From: Methanococcus maripaludis | GTDB lineage: Archaea; AGJL01; Methanococci; Methanococcales; Methanococcaceae | Reading direction: 5' to 3' | NCBI RefSeq assembly: GCF_002945325.1 | Contig: NZ_CP026606.1 | Location: 150,001-182,000 of the forward strand | Length of the DNA: 32,000 nucleotides | Shown here: positions 9,956-18,812 of the stretch, piece by piece | Position numbering within the stretch: position 1 is the first letter of the stretch | Layout: each line of letters starts with the position of its first letter | Position numbers and translations under genes: made by a program | The notes under the pieces: generated by a model | Seen by the model: the letters and a program-made list of their open reading frames with translations, nothing else | Databases searched by the model: none | Told to the model about the DNA's origin: nothing

Positions 9956-10249
9956 TTATTTCATTTCATTTTCTGAAAGACCTTCAATATGTTTCATTAA
10001 AGGGTCAATTTTCTCCCATATTTTTGAACAGGGAACTAAAAATGATTTATCTGTTACAATTACGTAAAGTTTAGAGCTTCCTTGATCCCAGGTGGCTTGA
10101 AGCTTGATACCATACTGTTTTGGATCTATCGTCCAGGGATTATTTCCACTAACTGATATGCCATGTTCATTTAGTTCTTTAATCATCAAATCAACTTTCT
10201 GTTGATTAATATTTGAATATTCGTGCTTACCGCACTTACCGTCTCCCAT
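9956..10249 (-). CDS. Hypothetical protein (about 97 aa)
   Basis: Open frame of 101 aa from 10261. The internal ATG at 10249 (MGDGKCGKHEY) follows a GAGGGAT-like RBS. No family recognised. Confidence 0.5.
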   Translation of the reverse strand: MGDGKCGKHEYSNINQQKVDLMIKELNEHGISVSGNNPWTIDPKQYGIKLQATWDQGSSKLYVIVTDKSFLVPCSKIWEKIDPLMKHIEGLSENEMK

Positions 10250-10530
10250 ATTATCCCTCATTTAACTAAAAAAACTCATTTACAAAATATATGTTAATTA
10301 ATAGTTTTTTACCGATAAGTATACTTTAACTTAATTTTTAAATTATAAATATGTTGCCAATTAAATTACTAATTAATATTGAAAACAAGTTAAAAAGCCA
10401 GATTATTACATAATATATCAAAGACCTTGCAAATACGTAATTTATATATATGTTGATGTAATAAGTATTAATTAACTTTAGAATAAATATGTAATTATAA
10501 TTAATTACATATCTTAAAAAGGGGATTTTT

Positions 10531-10797
10531 GTGGATGAAGTTATAATTAGACAGAATATTTTAAGATACCTATTTGAAAAAGAGACCTTTGTAAAAGGTA
10601 AGGAACTTACAACTATTTCAGGACTTGAAAAAGACGATTTAAAATACATTATTCATTTTCTTGAAGTTAAAGGCTATTTAATAGTGAAAAGTTCGTCTTA
10701 TGGTATGAGCTACTATACAAAAATAACTAAGAAAGGAATAGAAATAATAAATGATATTTTGGTTAAAAAGGAAGAAGTACCATATATTTTAAAGTAA
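10531..10797 (+). CDS. Small winged-helix DNA-binding protein (88 aa)
   Basis: VIIRQNILRYLFEKETFVKGKELTTISGLEKDDLKYIIHFLEVKGYLIVK...YYTKITKKGIEIIND has the helix-turn-helix plus wing pattern of MarR/PadR-like wHTH proteins. GTG start with AAGGGG upstream. Confidence 0.6.
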   Translation: MDEVIIRQNILRYLFEKETFVKGKELTTISGLEKDDLKYIIHFLEVKGYLIVKSSSYGMSYYTKITKKGIEIINDILVKKEEVPYILK

Positions 10798-10849
10798 GCT
10801 TTATTTCAAATACAGAAAACTTAAATAATATAACCCTCACAGTTAATGT

Positions 10850-10871
10850 ATCTCAGGATAACATCTGAGAT
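10850..10871. repeat. Perfect hairpin ATCTCAG-gataacat-CTGAGAT (7-bp stem, 8-nt loop)
   Basis: Direct sequence inspection. Confidence 0.7.
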
Positions 10872-10940
10872 TTTGTAATATATCTATCCATTGCCGTAAA
10901 TATTAGATAACAGGATTAAATAGCAAATATATCGAATATT

Positions 10941-10964
10941 AAAGATTTATAGCCACAAATCTTT
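10941..10964. repeat. Perfect hairpin AAAGATTT-atagccac-AAATCTTT (8-bp stem, 8-nt loop)
   Basis: Direct sequence inspection. An oligo-T tract (CCTATTTTTTTT) follows at 10981-10992 on the + strand. Confidence 0.7.
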
Positions 10965-11067
10965 AACATTTTTGACCTCACCTATTTTTTTTATATTTTA
11001 GGATAAAAAAATTTTGAATCTGAAAAGTTATAAAAAAAATTTAAAAAAATAAAATTTCTGACTTTAG

Positions 11068-12372
11068 TTATAGTAGTTCTTCAACTTTTTTAGATATTCT
11101 TTTTAATATTTCCCGATCTGCAAGCGTACTTTCAGGCGGATCAATTACTTTTTTAAGTTCCAATGGAACTCCATCCATCCTGTAGGCGGTTCCAGTATCC
11201 TCAACACCTGCAATCGTTGGCGGGAGAATTATATTTGCAAGAACTGAAGTTGGTGTTTCGTGAGGGTCTATGCAGATTAATGGAATTTTTGACATTCTTT
11301 TAACTGCATTCTGCGGAAAATGTGCTCCGGGGTCTGACGCGATATTTAGCATTGCATCTGCATCTTCTCTAAGTAAACTATCAGTTACACTCGTGTCTCC
11401 AGGGTTAAATTCTGGAAATCCTCTTGAATAGTCCACACATAACGGAAATCCACTGATCCAAGTACACACCTGATTGAAACCATTTACATTGTAGTGGCCC
11501 CTCATTGGAATCAGCGTAAATTTAGTTTGTGAATTTAAATCGATTACAAGTTCGATTGCAGTATCGATATTTCTATGCTTTCCAGCAGTATGCGTAACAC
11601 CCATTGCAAAGAAAAGTTCCCCATACTGTGCTTTTTTCAATATTTCAACAGTTTCATATATCATTTCTCTAGGGATCCCTGCTATTATTTCAGATTGAAG
11701 TTCAAAACCTTTTAAAGCAGACCTTATCGCACTTATAAGCTCATAATCCTTATGCGGTTCAACTTTTAAGTGAATGTCTGCTAATTTTGCAGTGTCACTT
11801 TCTCTTGGATCAACTACAATTAAAATTCGATCTTTTCTTCCGCGACCCCTAAAAAAGCCCCTTGGAAAAACTCCGTATCGGCTCATGTGTCTTGGGTGTG
11901 CGTGCATCGGGTTTGAACCCCAATAAATTACAACATCTGCCCTGTTTTTAACTTCTCCAAGCGTACATATGGGGTACCCAACATCCTGAAGTGCCCATAC
12001 ACTCGGGCCATGGCATACTTCGGCAGTGTTGCTTACAATTCCCCTTATTTTTTCAGCCAACTTCATACCTTCAATATGTGCGTGGCATTCTGTTGCAGAA
12101 AATCCATAAATAAGAGGTTTTTTCGCATTTACTAAAATTTCAGCAGTTTTTTCTATTGCAGTATCAAAGTCGATTTTTTTAAAATCATCTTTTTTGTTTT
12201 CCCGATAAAGCGGTTCAGTATGTCTTACTGCACCTTTTCGGTGAGTAAACTTGCTGTGACCGATTCTACATGCATTTCTTGTCTTTACAATATGTCCTGA
12301 TTCCACAAAACATTCAATGTCATCACAAAGAGTTCCGCAGAATGGGCATACTACATTTTTTATAACATCCAT
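11068..12372 (-). CDS. fwdB: Formylmethanofuran dehydrogenase subunit B, cysteine-containing isoform
   Basis: N-terminal VVCPFCGTLCDDIEC...NACRIGHSKF and SNTAEVCHGPSVWALQDVGYP (Mo/W ligand region with Cys, no UGA), IYWGSNPMHAHPRHMSRY, LHVKVEP-type molybdopterin enzyme motifs. Co-directional with hdrA/vhc. Confidence 0.88.
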   Translation of the reverse strand: MDVIKNVVCPFCGTLCDDIECFVESGHIVKTRNACRIGHSKFTHRKGAVRHTEPLYRENKKDDFKKIDFDTAIEKTAEILVNAKKPLIYGFSATECHAHIEGMKLAEKIRGIVSNTAEVCHGPSVWALQDVGYPICTLGEVKNRADVVIYWGSNPMHAHPRHMSRYGVFPRGFFRGRGRKDRILIVVDPRESDTAKLADIHLKVEPHKDYELISAIRSALKGFELQSEIIAGIPREMIYETVEILKKAQYGELFFAMGVTHTAGKHRNIDTAIELVIDLNSQTKFTLIPMRGHYNVNGFNQVCTWISGFPLCVDYSRGFPEFNPGDTSVTDSLLREDADAMLNIASDPGAHFPQNAVKRMSKIPLICIDPHETPTSVLANIILPPTIAGVEDTGTAYRMDGVPLELKKVIDPPESTLADREILKRISKKVEELL

Positions 12373-12418
12373 TATTTCACCCTAAAAAATCACCCAATTT
12401 AAAAAAATAAAAAAGAAA

Positions 12419-14383
12419 TTAGTAGGAATCTTTAAACGCGCCTTCAATTTGTCCGTATATCTGGCTTGTTTTAAAGTGGGACTGTTCAAGTGCGCCACTT
12501 GGACATCCTGCTGCACAGGTTCCACAACCTTTACATAATGCTGAAAGAACTTCTGCTACAACTTTACCGTCTTTTTCAACGAATCTTGGAGCACCATATG
12601 GGCACTGCTGTACACAAATACCGCATGCACCACAGACATTTTCATCGATTGTTACAACGATAGGTTCAACCTGAACTTCCCCTTTTGCAAGAGGTATTGC
12701 AGCTCTTGATGCAGCCGCTGAACCTTGCGCAACAGATGAAGGAATATCTTTTGGACCCTGACATGCACCTGCTAAGTAGATACCGTCTGTTGCAGTATCA
12801 ACAGGTTTTAATTTAGGGTGTGCTTCCATGAAGAACCTGTCAGCAGACCTTGAAACACCGAGCAGTTTTTGTACTTCGTCAGCAGTTGATGTTGGAACCA
12901 TACCTACTGAAAGAACAACTAAATCGTATTCATTTTCAAAGATTTCACCTAAAAGGGTATCTTCTGACCTGATTATTGGATTGTCTCCATCAGGATTATC
13001 CAATACTTGTGCAGGTCTTCCACGGATAAATTTAATTCCATACTGTTTTGAACTTCTTTCGTAGAATTCTTCGTATCCCTTACCAAATGCCCTGATATCC
13101 ATGTAGTAAATATCAATATCTGTTTCAGGAGCTTTTTCTTTAATTAACTGCGAATTTTTCATTGCATACATACAGCATACATTTGAACAGTATTTTTTAC
13201 CGATTTTCGCATCTCTTGAACCAACACACTGAATAAATGCAATTCTTTTTGGTTTTTGACCATCACTTGGCCGGATTACCTTACCCATCGTTGGACCAGA
13301 AGCATTAATCATTCTTTCAAGTTCCATTGAGGTTATGACATTTGGAATTTTTCCGTATCCGTATTCTTCTTTTTCGGTTGGGTCATATGGATCGTATCCT
13401 ATTGCAGAAATGATTGTACCAACTTCTGCTTCAATGATTTCTGGTTTTTGACCGTAATCAATCGCTTGAGGTCCGCACACTTTTGCACACAATCCACAAT
13501 CAATACAGCTTTCTTTGTCAATTGTGTACTTTGCAGGAACTGCTTGTGGGAACGGCTTATAAATTGCTTTTCTAAGCCCAATTCCCATATCAAATTCGTT
13601 TGGAACAGATATAGGACATACTTCCTCACATGAACCGCATCCAGTACATTTTTCTTCAGATAAATATCTTGGTTTTTTCTCGATTTTTACCTTGAAGTTT
13701 CCAATGTATCCTTTTACATCTTTTACTTCTGAGTAGGAATAAAGCTTGATATTTGGGTGTTTTGCAACGTCAACCATTTTTGGAGCTAAAATACAGATCG
13801 AACAGTCGTTTGTTGGAAATACCTTATCTAACTGGGCCATTCTACCCCCAACTGATGGTGTTTTTTCAACAACAATTGTTTCGTATCCTGCATCCCCTAA
13901 ATCAAGTGCGGCCTGAATACCTGCAACCCCTGCTCCGATAACCATGGCTCTTTTGGTAACTGGAACGTTTAGATAATCTAAAGGTTCGAGCTGCCTTGCT
14001 TTTGCAACAGCCATCCTTACAAGGTCGTTTGCTTTTTCGGTAGCTTTTTCTTTTTCTTTCATGTGTACCCATGAACAGTGTTCACGAATGTTTGCAAATT
14101 CAAACAAAAATGGGTTTAAACCTGCTTCTTCTACACACCTTCTAAATGTAGGTTCGTGAAGTCTTGGGGAACATGCTGCAACAATTACCCTGTTTAATCC
14201 AAGTTCCTTGATGTCTTTTTTGATGAGTTCTTGCCCGGGATCTGCACACATGTACTTGTAATCTCTTGCAATCACGACGTTTTCGAGTCCTTCTGCAGTT
14301 CTTGCTACATTTTCGCAATCAACTACACCGCCAATGTTTACACCACAGTGGCAGACGTAAACTCCTATTTTTGGTTCTTCCAT
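12419..14383 (-). CDS. hdrA: CoB-CoM heterodisulfide reductase subunit A, cysteine isoform
   Basis: [19 protein letters not shown], flavin-binding [36 protein letters not shown], multiple CxxCxxCxxxCP clusters. The start is trimmed from 14395 because GGTGATAATT precedes ATG 14383. Confidence 0.93.
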   Translation of the reverse strand: MEEPKIGVYVCHCGVNIGGVVDCENVARTAEGLENVVIARDYKYMCADPGQELIKKDIKELGLNRVIVAACSPRLHEPTFRRCVEEAGLNPFLFEFANIREHCSWVHMKEKEKATEKANDLVRMAVAKARQLEPLDYLNVPVTKRAMVIGAGVAGIQAALDLGDAGYETIVVEKTPSVGGRMAQLDKVFPTNDCSICILAPKMVDVAKHPNIKLYSYSEVKDVKGYIGNFKVKIEKKPRYLSEEKCTGCGSCEEVCPISVPNEFDMGIGLRKAIYKPFPQAVPAKYTIDKESCIDCGLCAKVCGPQAIDYGQKPEIIEAEVGTIISAIGYDPYDPTEKEEYGYGKIPNVITSMELERMINASGPTMGKVIRPSDGQKPKRIAFIQCVGSRDAKIGKKYCSNVCCMYAMKNSQLIKEKAPETDIDIYYMDIRAFGKGYEEFYERSSKQYGIKFIRGRPAQVLDNPDGDNPIIRSEDTLLGEIFENEYDLVVLSVGMVPTSTADEVQKLLGVSRSADRFFMEAHPKLKPVDTATDGIYLAGACQGPKDIPSSVAQGSAAASRAAIPLAKGEVQVEPIVVTIDENVCGACGICVQQCPYGAPRFVEKDGKVVAEVLSALCKGCGTCAAGCPSGALEQSHFKTSQIYGQIEGAFKDSY

Positions 14384-14473
14384 AATTATCACCAATATCT
14401 GGCTTGAACTGTTAGTCCAAATATATATTTTAATACCATTATTACATTTTCTAATAGCTACATCTATTAAAAA

Positions 14474-15667
14474 TTATTTCAAAGATAATGCGCTCTTTTT
14501 AGCCTTATCACAGGCTTCAATACATTTCAAACACATTACACAGAACCCTTCGAGAGGTTTTTCTGGTTTTCCTGTTAAGTTAAGCATGTCATAAGGACAC
14601 GTTTCAATACATTTTCCACAGGAATCACATAAATTAGGACTAAATTCGATTCTTTCGTATTCTTTACCATCGTGGATGATTTTACCAATCCTAAGTGCAT
14701 CGTTTGGACAGCTTTGAACACATGCGCCACATCGAATACACATTTTGAACTCGTTTGCTTTTTCAGTTTTTTTCCTGCTTGGCATTTCAAGTCCTTTTGG
14801 ATTTACCACATTTATTGCATTGTTTGGACATTTTATGGCACAAGGTCCGCAGTATGCACATTTTTCTTCATCCCAAACGATACCTTCATCAGTTATCGGT
14901 TTTGGAGATCCATATTCAACCACTAATTCAATTGCATCAACAGGACATGCTGCCATACATAATCCGCATGCAGGACATCCTTTTGGCGGAACTGCAACCA
15001 TTTCATTTAAAACAATTAAATCCCTTGGACATTTGTCAGTACAGTCGCCACATCCAATACATAAATCGCTGTCCACACTAAATTTGACAATATTTTTATC
15101 TCTTTTTGGTGATTTTTTGCCTGCGACGAAGATCGCGTTCCATGGACATGTTTGTGCACAGATACTACAGTATATACAGGAATTTTTGTCAACAACTGCT
15201 TTTTCGCCCTCTATTGAAAGTGCACCAACAGGGCATTCAGAAATACATACCCCACAGCCGACACAATCCTCGGTAACTGCAATAGGTTCTTTTGGTAATG
15301 TAATGTTTCTTTTAGCGGGTTCAACTACGCCTTCCATTCCAACATAGTCGTCGGGACATGCTTCAACACATTTCATACAGCCTACGCAGAAACCTTTTAA
15401 TTTATCATTTTCTATTTTGAGGTTATTTGGACAGACTTTAACACATTCACCACACAAATCGCACTTTGTAGGGAAATATTCGATCTGTTTAATAGTTTTA
15501 CCATTTAATTCAATTTCTCTTAAGTTTAATGCATCGTTTGGACATGCATTGACACAATTTCCACAAAGTTGGCATACTTTAAAGGGATTTAATTTTAAAG
15601 CTTCTGTAGGGCAGCTATTTTCACAAGCTTTACACATATAACAGTCTTCAGTGTTTATCTTGATCAT
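14474..15667 (-). CDS. vhcB: Polyferredoxin associated with F420-non-reducing hydrogenase
   Basis: I counted 12 CxxCxxCxxxC motifs by eye (for example CYMCKACENSCP, CVGCGVCISECP, CIRCGACVQSCP). Adjacent to the hydrogenase large subunit. Confidence 0.9.
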   Translation of the reverse strand: MIKINTEDCYMCKACENSCPTEALKLNPFKVCQLCGNCVNACPNDALNLREIELNGKTIKQIEYFPTKCDLCGECVKVCPNNLKIENDKLKGFCVGCMKCVEACPDDYVGMEGVVEPAKRNITLPKEPIAVTEDCVGCGVCISECPVGALSIEGEKAVVDKNSCIYCSICAQTCPWNAIFVAGKKSPKRDKNIVKFSVDSDLCIGCGDCTDKCPRDLIVLNEMVAVPPKGCPACGLCMAACPVDAIELVVEYGSPKPITDEGIVWDEEKCAYCGPCAIKCPNNAINVVNPKGLEMPSRKKTEKANEFKMCIRCGACVQSCPNDALRIGKIIHDGKEYERIEFSPNLCDSCGKCIETCPYDMLNLTGKPEKPLEGFCVMCLKCIEACDKAKKSALSLK

Positions 15668-15675
15668 GATATCCC

Positions 15676-17091
15676 CTATAATGTTTTAATTAATTTTCCG
15701 CCCTTGTAGACATCCATTGAAAGCATTCTTTCTTTTCCGTCAATTGTGTGCGTTGCACATGAAAGGCATGGATCGTATGCCCGAATTACCATTTCCATGT
15801 GGTTTAAAACATGTGGTTTTGCATCTTCGGGTGTTTTTATGTATTTTTCAGCAACTTTTTGAACGCCAATATCCATTGCAGGGTTATTTTGAACAGTTGC
15901 AACAACTAAATTTGCATCGGTGATAATTCCTTTATCATCGGTTTTGAAGTGGTGCACTAAAGTTCCTCTTGGAGCTTCGAGGCATCCAACACCTTCTCCA
16001 ACAAGATCGGTTGGTTCTACCCTTATGTCAGTTCCAACAATTGCATCGTCTTCTAAGAATTTTCTTATGAGTTCTGCACTTGAAATAAGCTCGATTAATC
16101 TTGCATAGTGGAAAAGCATCGGGTGGTGTGCAGGTTTTCCAAAAGTTTTTACAAATTCTTCGTAGTATTTTTGAGCAATAGGTGTAGGCATTTTATCGCA
16201 TACATTTAACCTTGAAAGAGTATTTACTCTGTAAACTCCATCAACAGGACCTTTTTCAGTTAAATATGGGAATTTAAGGTATGAATATGGCCTTACTCCT
16301 TCTGACATGTAGTTTAAGTATTCTGAAGGTTCATATTCATATTCGATTTTTCCTTCAGGATTTATGACCCTGATTTTTCCTTCATAAATATCCTGTGCAC
16401 CGTTATTTACCATACCCATGTGGTATGATTCAAAGTAGCCAAGTTCAAGGAGATTTTGTTCTTTTAATCCATCCAATAATTGTTTTCCAACTACCAATGT
16501 TCTTTCAGCAGTATCTACAAGATTTTCTGACATTTTTAAAAGTTCGTCCCTTTCTTCTTCCGTTAATGGTTTTGACTGTCCTCCAACAACTGCAGTTACT
16601 GGGTGAATAGCTCTTCCACCAACTTTTTGAATTATTGTCTGACCAATTTTTCTCATTGAAATTGCATCTTTTACAACATCCATGTTTTCAGCGGCGACAC
16701 CCAAAACGTTCCTTTTAAGTGCATCATCAGTCATCGGGAACATTAAATCAGGGGATGCAAGCATTCCAAAGTGGAGCGCGTGGCTGTGAACATTTGAAGC
16801 TTGTTGCATTAAATTTCTGAGCATGTCGGCAGTTTTTGGAATTTTTACTCCAAATACGTTATCAACTGCTCTTGCGCTTGCCAAATTGTGTGAAACCTGG
16901 CAAATTCCACAAATTCTTGGTGTAAATACCGGAGCATCTTCGATATATCTTCCTTCCAAGAATTTTTCAAAACCTCTAACTTCAACAACGTGGAAATTAA
17001 CTTTATCTAGCTTTCCACTGTCGTCAAAGGAAAGTGTAACCTTACCGTGTCCTTCAACTCTGGTAACAGGTTCTATCGACAGTTTTGTCAT
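15676..17091 (-). CDS. vhcA: F420-non-reducing [NiFe]-hydrogenase large subunit, selenium-free (Vhc type)
   Basis: RICGICQVSHNLAS (N-terminal Ni ligands) and C-terminal DPCLSCATHTIDGKERM in one polypeptide. In the selenium form the C-terminal motif is on a separate VhuU peptide. Confidence 0.9.
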   Translation of the reverse strand: MTKLSIEPVTRVEGHGKVTLSFDDSGKLDKVNFHVVEVRGFEKFLEGRYIEDAPVFTPRICGICQVSHNLASARAVDNVFGVKIPKTADMLRNLMQQASNVHSHALHFGMLASPDLMFPMTDDALKRNVLGVAAENMDVVKDAISMRKIGQTIIQKVGGRAIHPVTAVVGGQSKPLTEEERDELLKMSENLVDTAERTLVVGKQLLDGLKEQNLLELGYFESYHMGMVNNGAQDIYEGKIRVINPEGKIEYEYEPSEYLNYMSEGVRPYSYLKFPYLTEKGPVDGVYRVNTLSRLNVCDKMPTPIAQKYYEEFVKTFGKPAHHPMLFHYARLIELISSAELIRKFLEDDAIVGTDIRVEPTDLVGEGVGCLEAPRGTLVHHFKTDDKGIITDANLVVATVQNNPAMDIGVQKVAEKYIKTPEDAKPHVLNHMEMVIRAYDPCLSCATHTIDGKERMLSMDVYKGGKLIKTL

Positions 17092-17112
17092 TATATCACC
17101 GTATTTAGTATC

Positions 17113-18015
17113 TTACCTTTTGTTATTTATCGGAATTAATGCACTTGGGAGCGTAAATTTGTAAAAACTACCCACTTTATCCAGTATCTGTTTAGGAAGT
17201 TCGTTTGGATCCATTGTTCTGTCTTCATCAATTTTATAATCAGATGCAAGCGCAGAAACCATTTTAGCACCCTGATCCACCACTTTATCTGTAGGCCCAT
17301 AACATCCGGTACATGGAACGCCTGCTGTTGGGCATATTGCACCACATGAAGCTCTTGTTGCAATTCCCATGCAGAGATATCCTTGTTCAAGCAGGCATTT
17401 TTTAGGATCCGGTGTTCCTTCGTAATTTCTTTTAATTGAATCTATTGAAACTCCTTCTTTGCTTTTTTCTCTAGGGCATACTTCACACATGTTTTTAGTT
17501 GTCAACTCTGGAGTTTTACCTTCTAAAAGTGAAGTAAGTACTCCTGCAATCAATTCTGGTTTTGGAGGACATCCTGGAAGAATATAATCCACATCAATTA
17601 CATCAGAAAGTGGTTTTACTCTTGAAGTTAATTCTGGAACGTCTTCACTTGGAATAATTCCTTCTTCGTTTTTTGTAGAGAATGTAGTTTTGTAAGCTTT
17701 TTCCAAAAGAGCTTCGTTCGAGTATAAATTACCCATTCCTGGAATACCGCCGTAAACTGCACATGTTCCAAATGCAATTACAATTTTCGCTTTTTTTCTC
17801 ATTTCCTGTGCAATATGAAGGTTTTCTTCATTTCTAATACCGCCTTCAATTAATGCAACATCAATATCATCCGGAATTTCTTTAACATCCATTAAAACAG
17901 GGCTGTGAACTAATTCCACCTGTTCAAGAACTTTCAATAAATCTTCATGTAAATCTACAAGACTTATGTGACATCCGGAACAGCATGCAAGCCATGTTGT
18001 AGCTATTTTTACCAT
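17113..18015 (-). CDS. vhcG: F420-non-reducing hydrogenase small subunit
   Basis: [71 protein letters not shown] (small subunit FeS ligands). Confidence 0.9.
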   Translation of the reverse strand: MVKIATTWLACCSGCHISLVDLHEDLLKVLEQVELVHSPVLMDVKEIPDDIDVALIEGGIRNEENLHIAQEMRKKAKIVIAFGTCAVYGGIPGMGNLYSNEALLEKAYKTTFSTKNEEGIIPSEDVPELTSRVKPLSDVIDVDYILPGCPPKPELIAGVLTSLLEGKTPELTTKNMCEVCPREKSKEGVSIDSIKRNYEGTPDPKKCLLEQGYLCMGIATRASCGAICPTAGVPCTGCYGPTDKVVDQGAKMVSALASDYKIDEDRTMDPNELPKQILDKVGSFYKFTLPSALIPINNKR

Positions 18016-18031
18016 AAAACCACCTTAATAG

Positions 18032-18454
18032 TTATTTAAGATTTTCATTCAAGGTGCACGGACCTAAAGCTTTTATTCTGTCGTAAATTTCGTTCATTTT
18101 AGTCTGGAATTTTTCACCTTCAGAAGCTGAAATCCATTCGTGGAGAACTCTTTCCCTGCCAATTCCAAGTTCGTCAAGCATGTCGTAGAGCATCATGACT
18201 CTTCTTTGCCATTTGTAGTTTCCTGCATCGTAGTGGCAATCTCCAAGGTGGCATCCACCTATAAAAACACCGTCTGCACCTTCTTTAAAAGCTTTTAATA
18301 TAAATGATGGTTCAATCCTTCCTGAACACATCACCCGTATTATTCTTATGCTTGGAGGGTACTGCATTCTACCAACTCCTGCTGTATCTGCACCACCATA
18401 GGTACACCAGTTGCAACAAAAGCCGACTATCTTTGGCTCCCATTCTTCAGACAA
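18032..18454 (-). CDS. vhcD: F420-non-reducing hydrogenase iron-sulfur subunit D, cysteine isoform
   Basis: [39 protein letters not shown] (MvhD/VhuD family), no UGA codon. TTG start with RBS GAGGTGA. Confidence 0.9.
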   Translation of the reverse strand: MSEEWEPKIVGFCCNWCTYGGADTAGVGRMQYPPSIRIIRVMCSGRIEPSFILKAFKEGADGVFIGGCHLGDCHYDAGNYKWQRRVMMLYDMLDELGIGRERVLHEWISASEGEKFQTKMNEIYDRIKALGPCTLNENLK

Positions 18455-18470
18455 AATTTCACCTCATTGT

Positions 18471-18500
18471 TATTAGATATTTGGTAAACTAATACCTACA
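18471..18500 (-). promoter_or_regulatory. Leader element copy 1 (vhcD side): TGTAGGTATTAGTTTACCAAATATCTAATA
   Basis: 24/30 identical by eye to the 18765-18794 (+) copy. It ends 16 nt before the vhcD start codon. Confidence 0.7.
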
Positions 18501-18538
18501 ATAGTTTATCTAATTGATGTGAGTATAACAATTATTAA

Positions 18539-18546
18539 TATATAAA
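18539..18546 (-). promoter_or_regulatory. Candidate TATA box (TTTATATA) for the vhc operon
   Basis: TTTATATA on the minus strand about 85 nt upstream of the vhcD start. It would place the start site near 18513, so the leader element would be transcribed. Confidence 0.5.
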
Positions 18547-18640
18547 TTAGACAATCTGATGCCAAATAAAAAACTATATATGTTAATAAAAATTTCTAAT
18601 TTATACTTGTTAAATAATATAAAAATAGTATTTAATAATA

Positions 18641-18662
18641 TTTTATAAGATATTTTATAAAA
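18641..18662. repeat. Perfect inverted repeat TTTTATAA-GATATT-TTATAAAA
   Basis: Direct inspection; located mid-way between the divergent operons. AT-rich, so chance is possible. Confidence 0.5.
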
Positions 18663-18764
18663 AAGTAGTAATAATTATTTAAAAAGTCGCTTTTTGTTTT
18701 AACATATAACTCTTTTTATTTAATACGATTAACAATTACTTTTAATATCTATCATATTATATAA

Positions 18765-18794
18765 TGTAGGTAATGAATTATCAAATACCTAATA
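18765..18794 (+). promoter_or_regulatory. Leader element copy 2 (frcA side): TGTAGGTAATGAATTATCAAATACCTAATA
   Basis: Mirrored counterpart of 18471-18500 (-). Contains the TAGGTA...TACCTA dyad and ends 18 nt before the frcA ATG. Confidence 0.7.
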
Positions 18795-18812
18795 TTAAAG
18801 ATAGGTGATCTG

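Noticed and set aside
10338-10649. ORF 10338..10649 (-), 103 aa, Ile/Tyr-rich
   Set aside because: No RBS, extreme AT-driven composition, and it overlaps the better supported wHTH gene on the other strand.
12828-17390. Many 60-200 aa ORFs inside hdrA, vhcB, vhcA and vhcG (for example 14745..15347 +)
   Set aside because: They are shadow ORFs caused by cysteine-rich ferredoxin repeats and strong codon bias. The real genes have diagnostic motifs.
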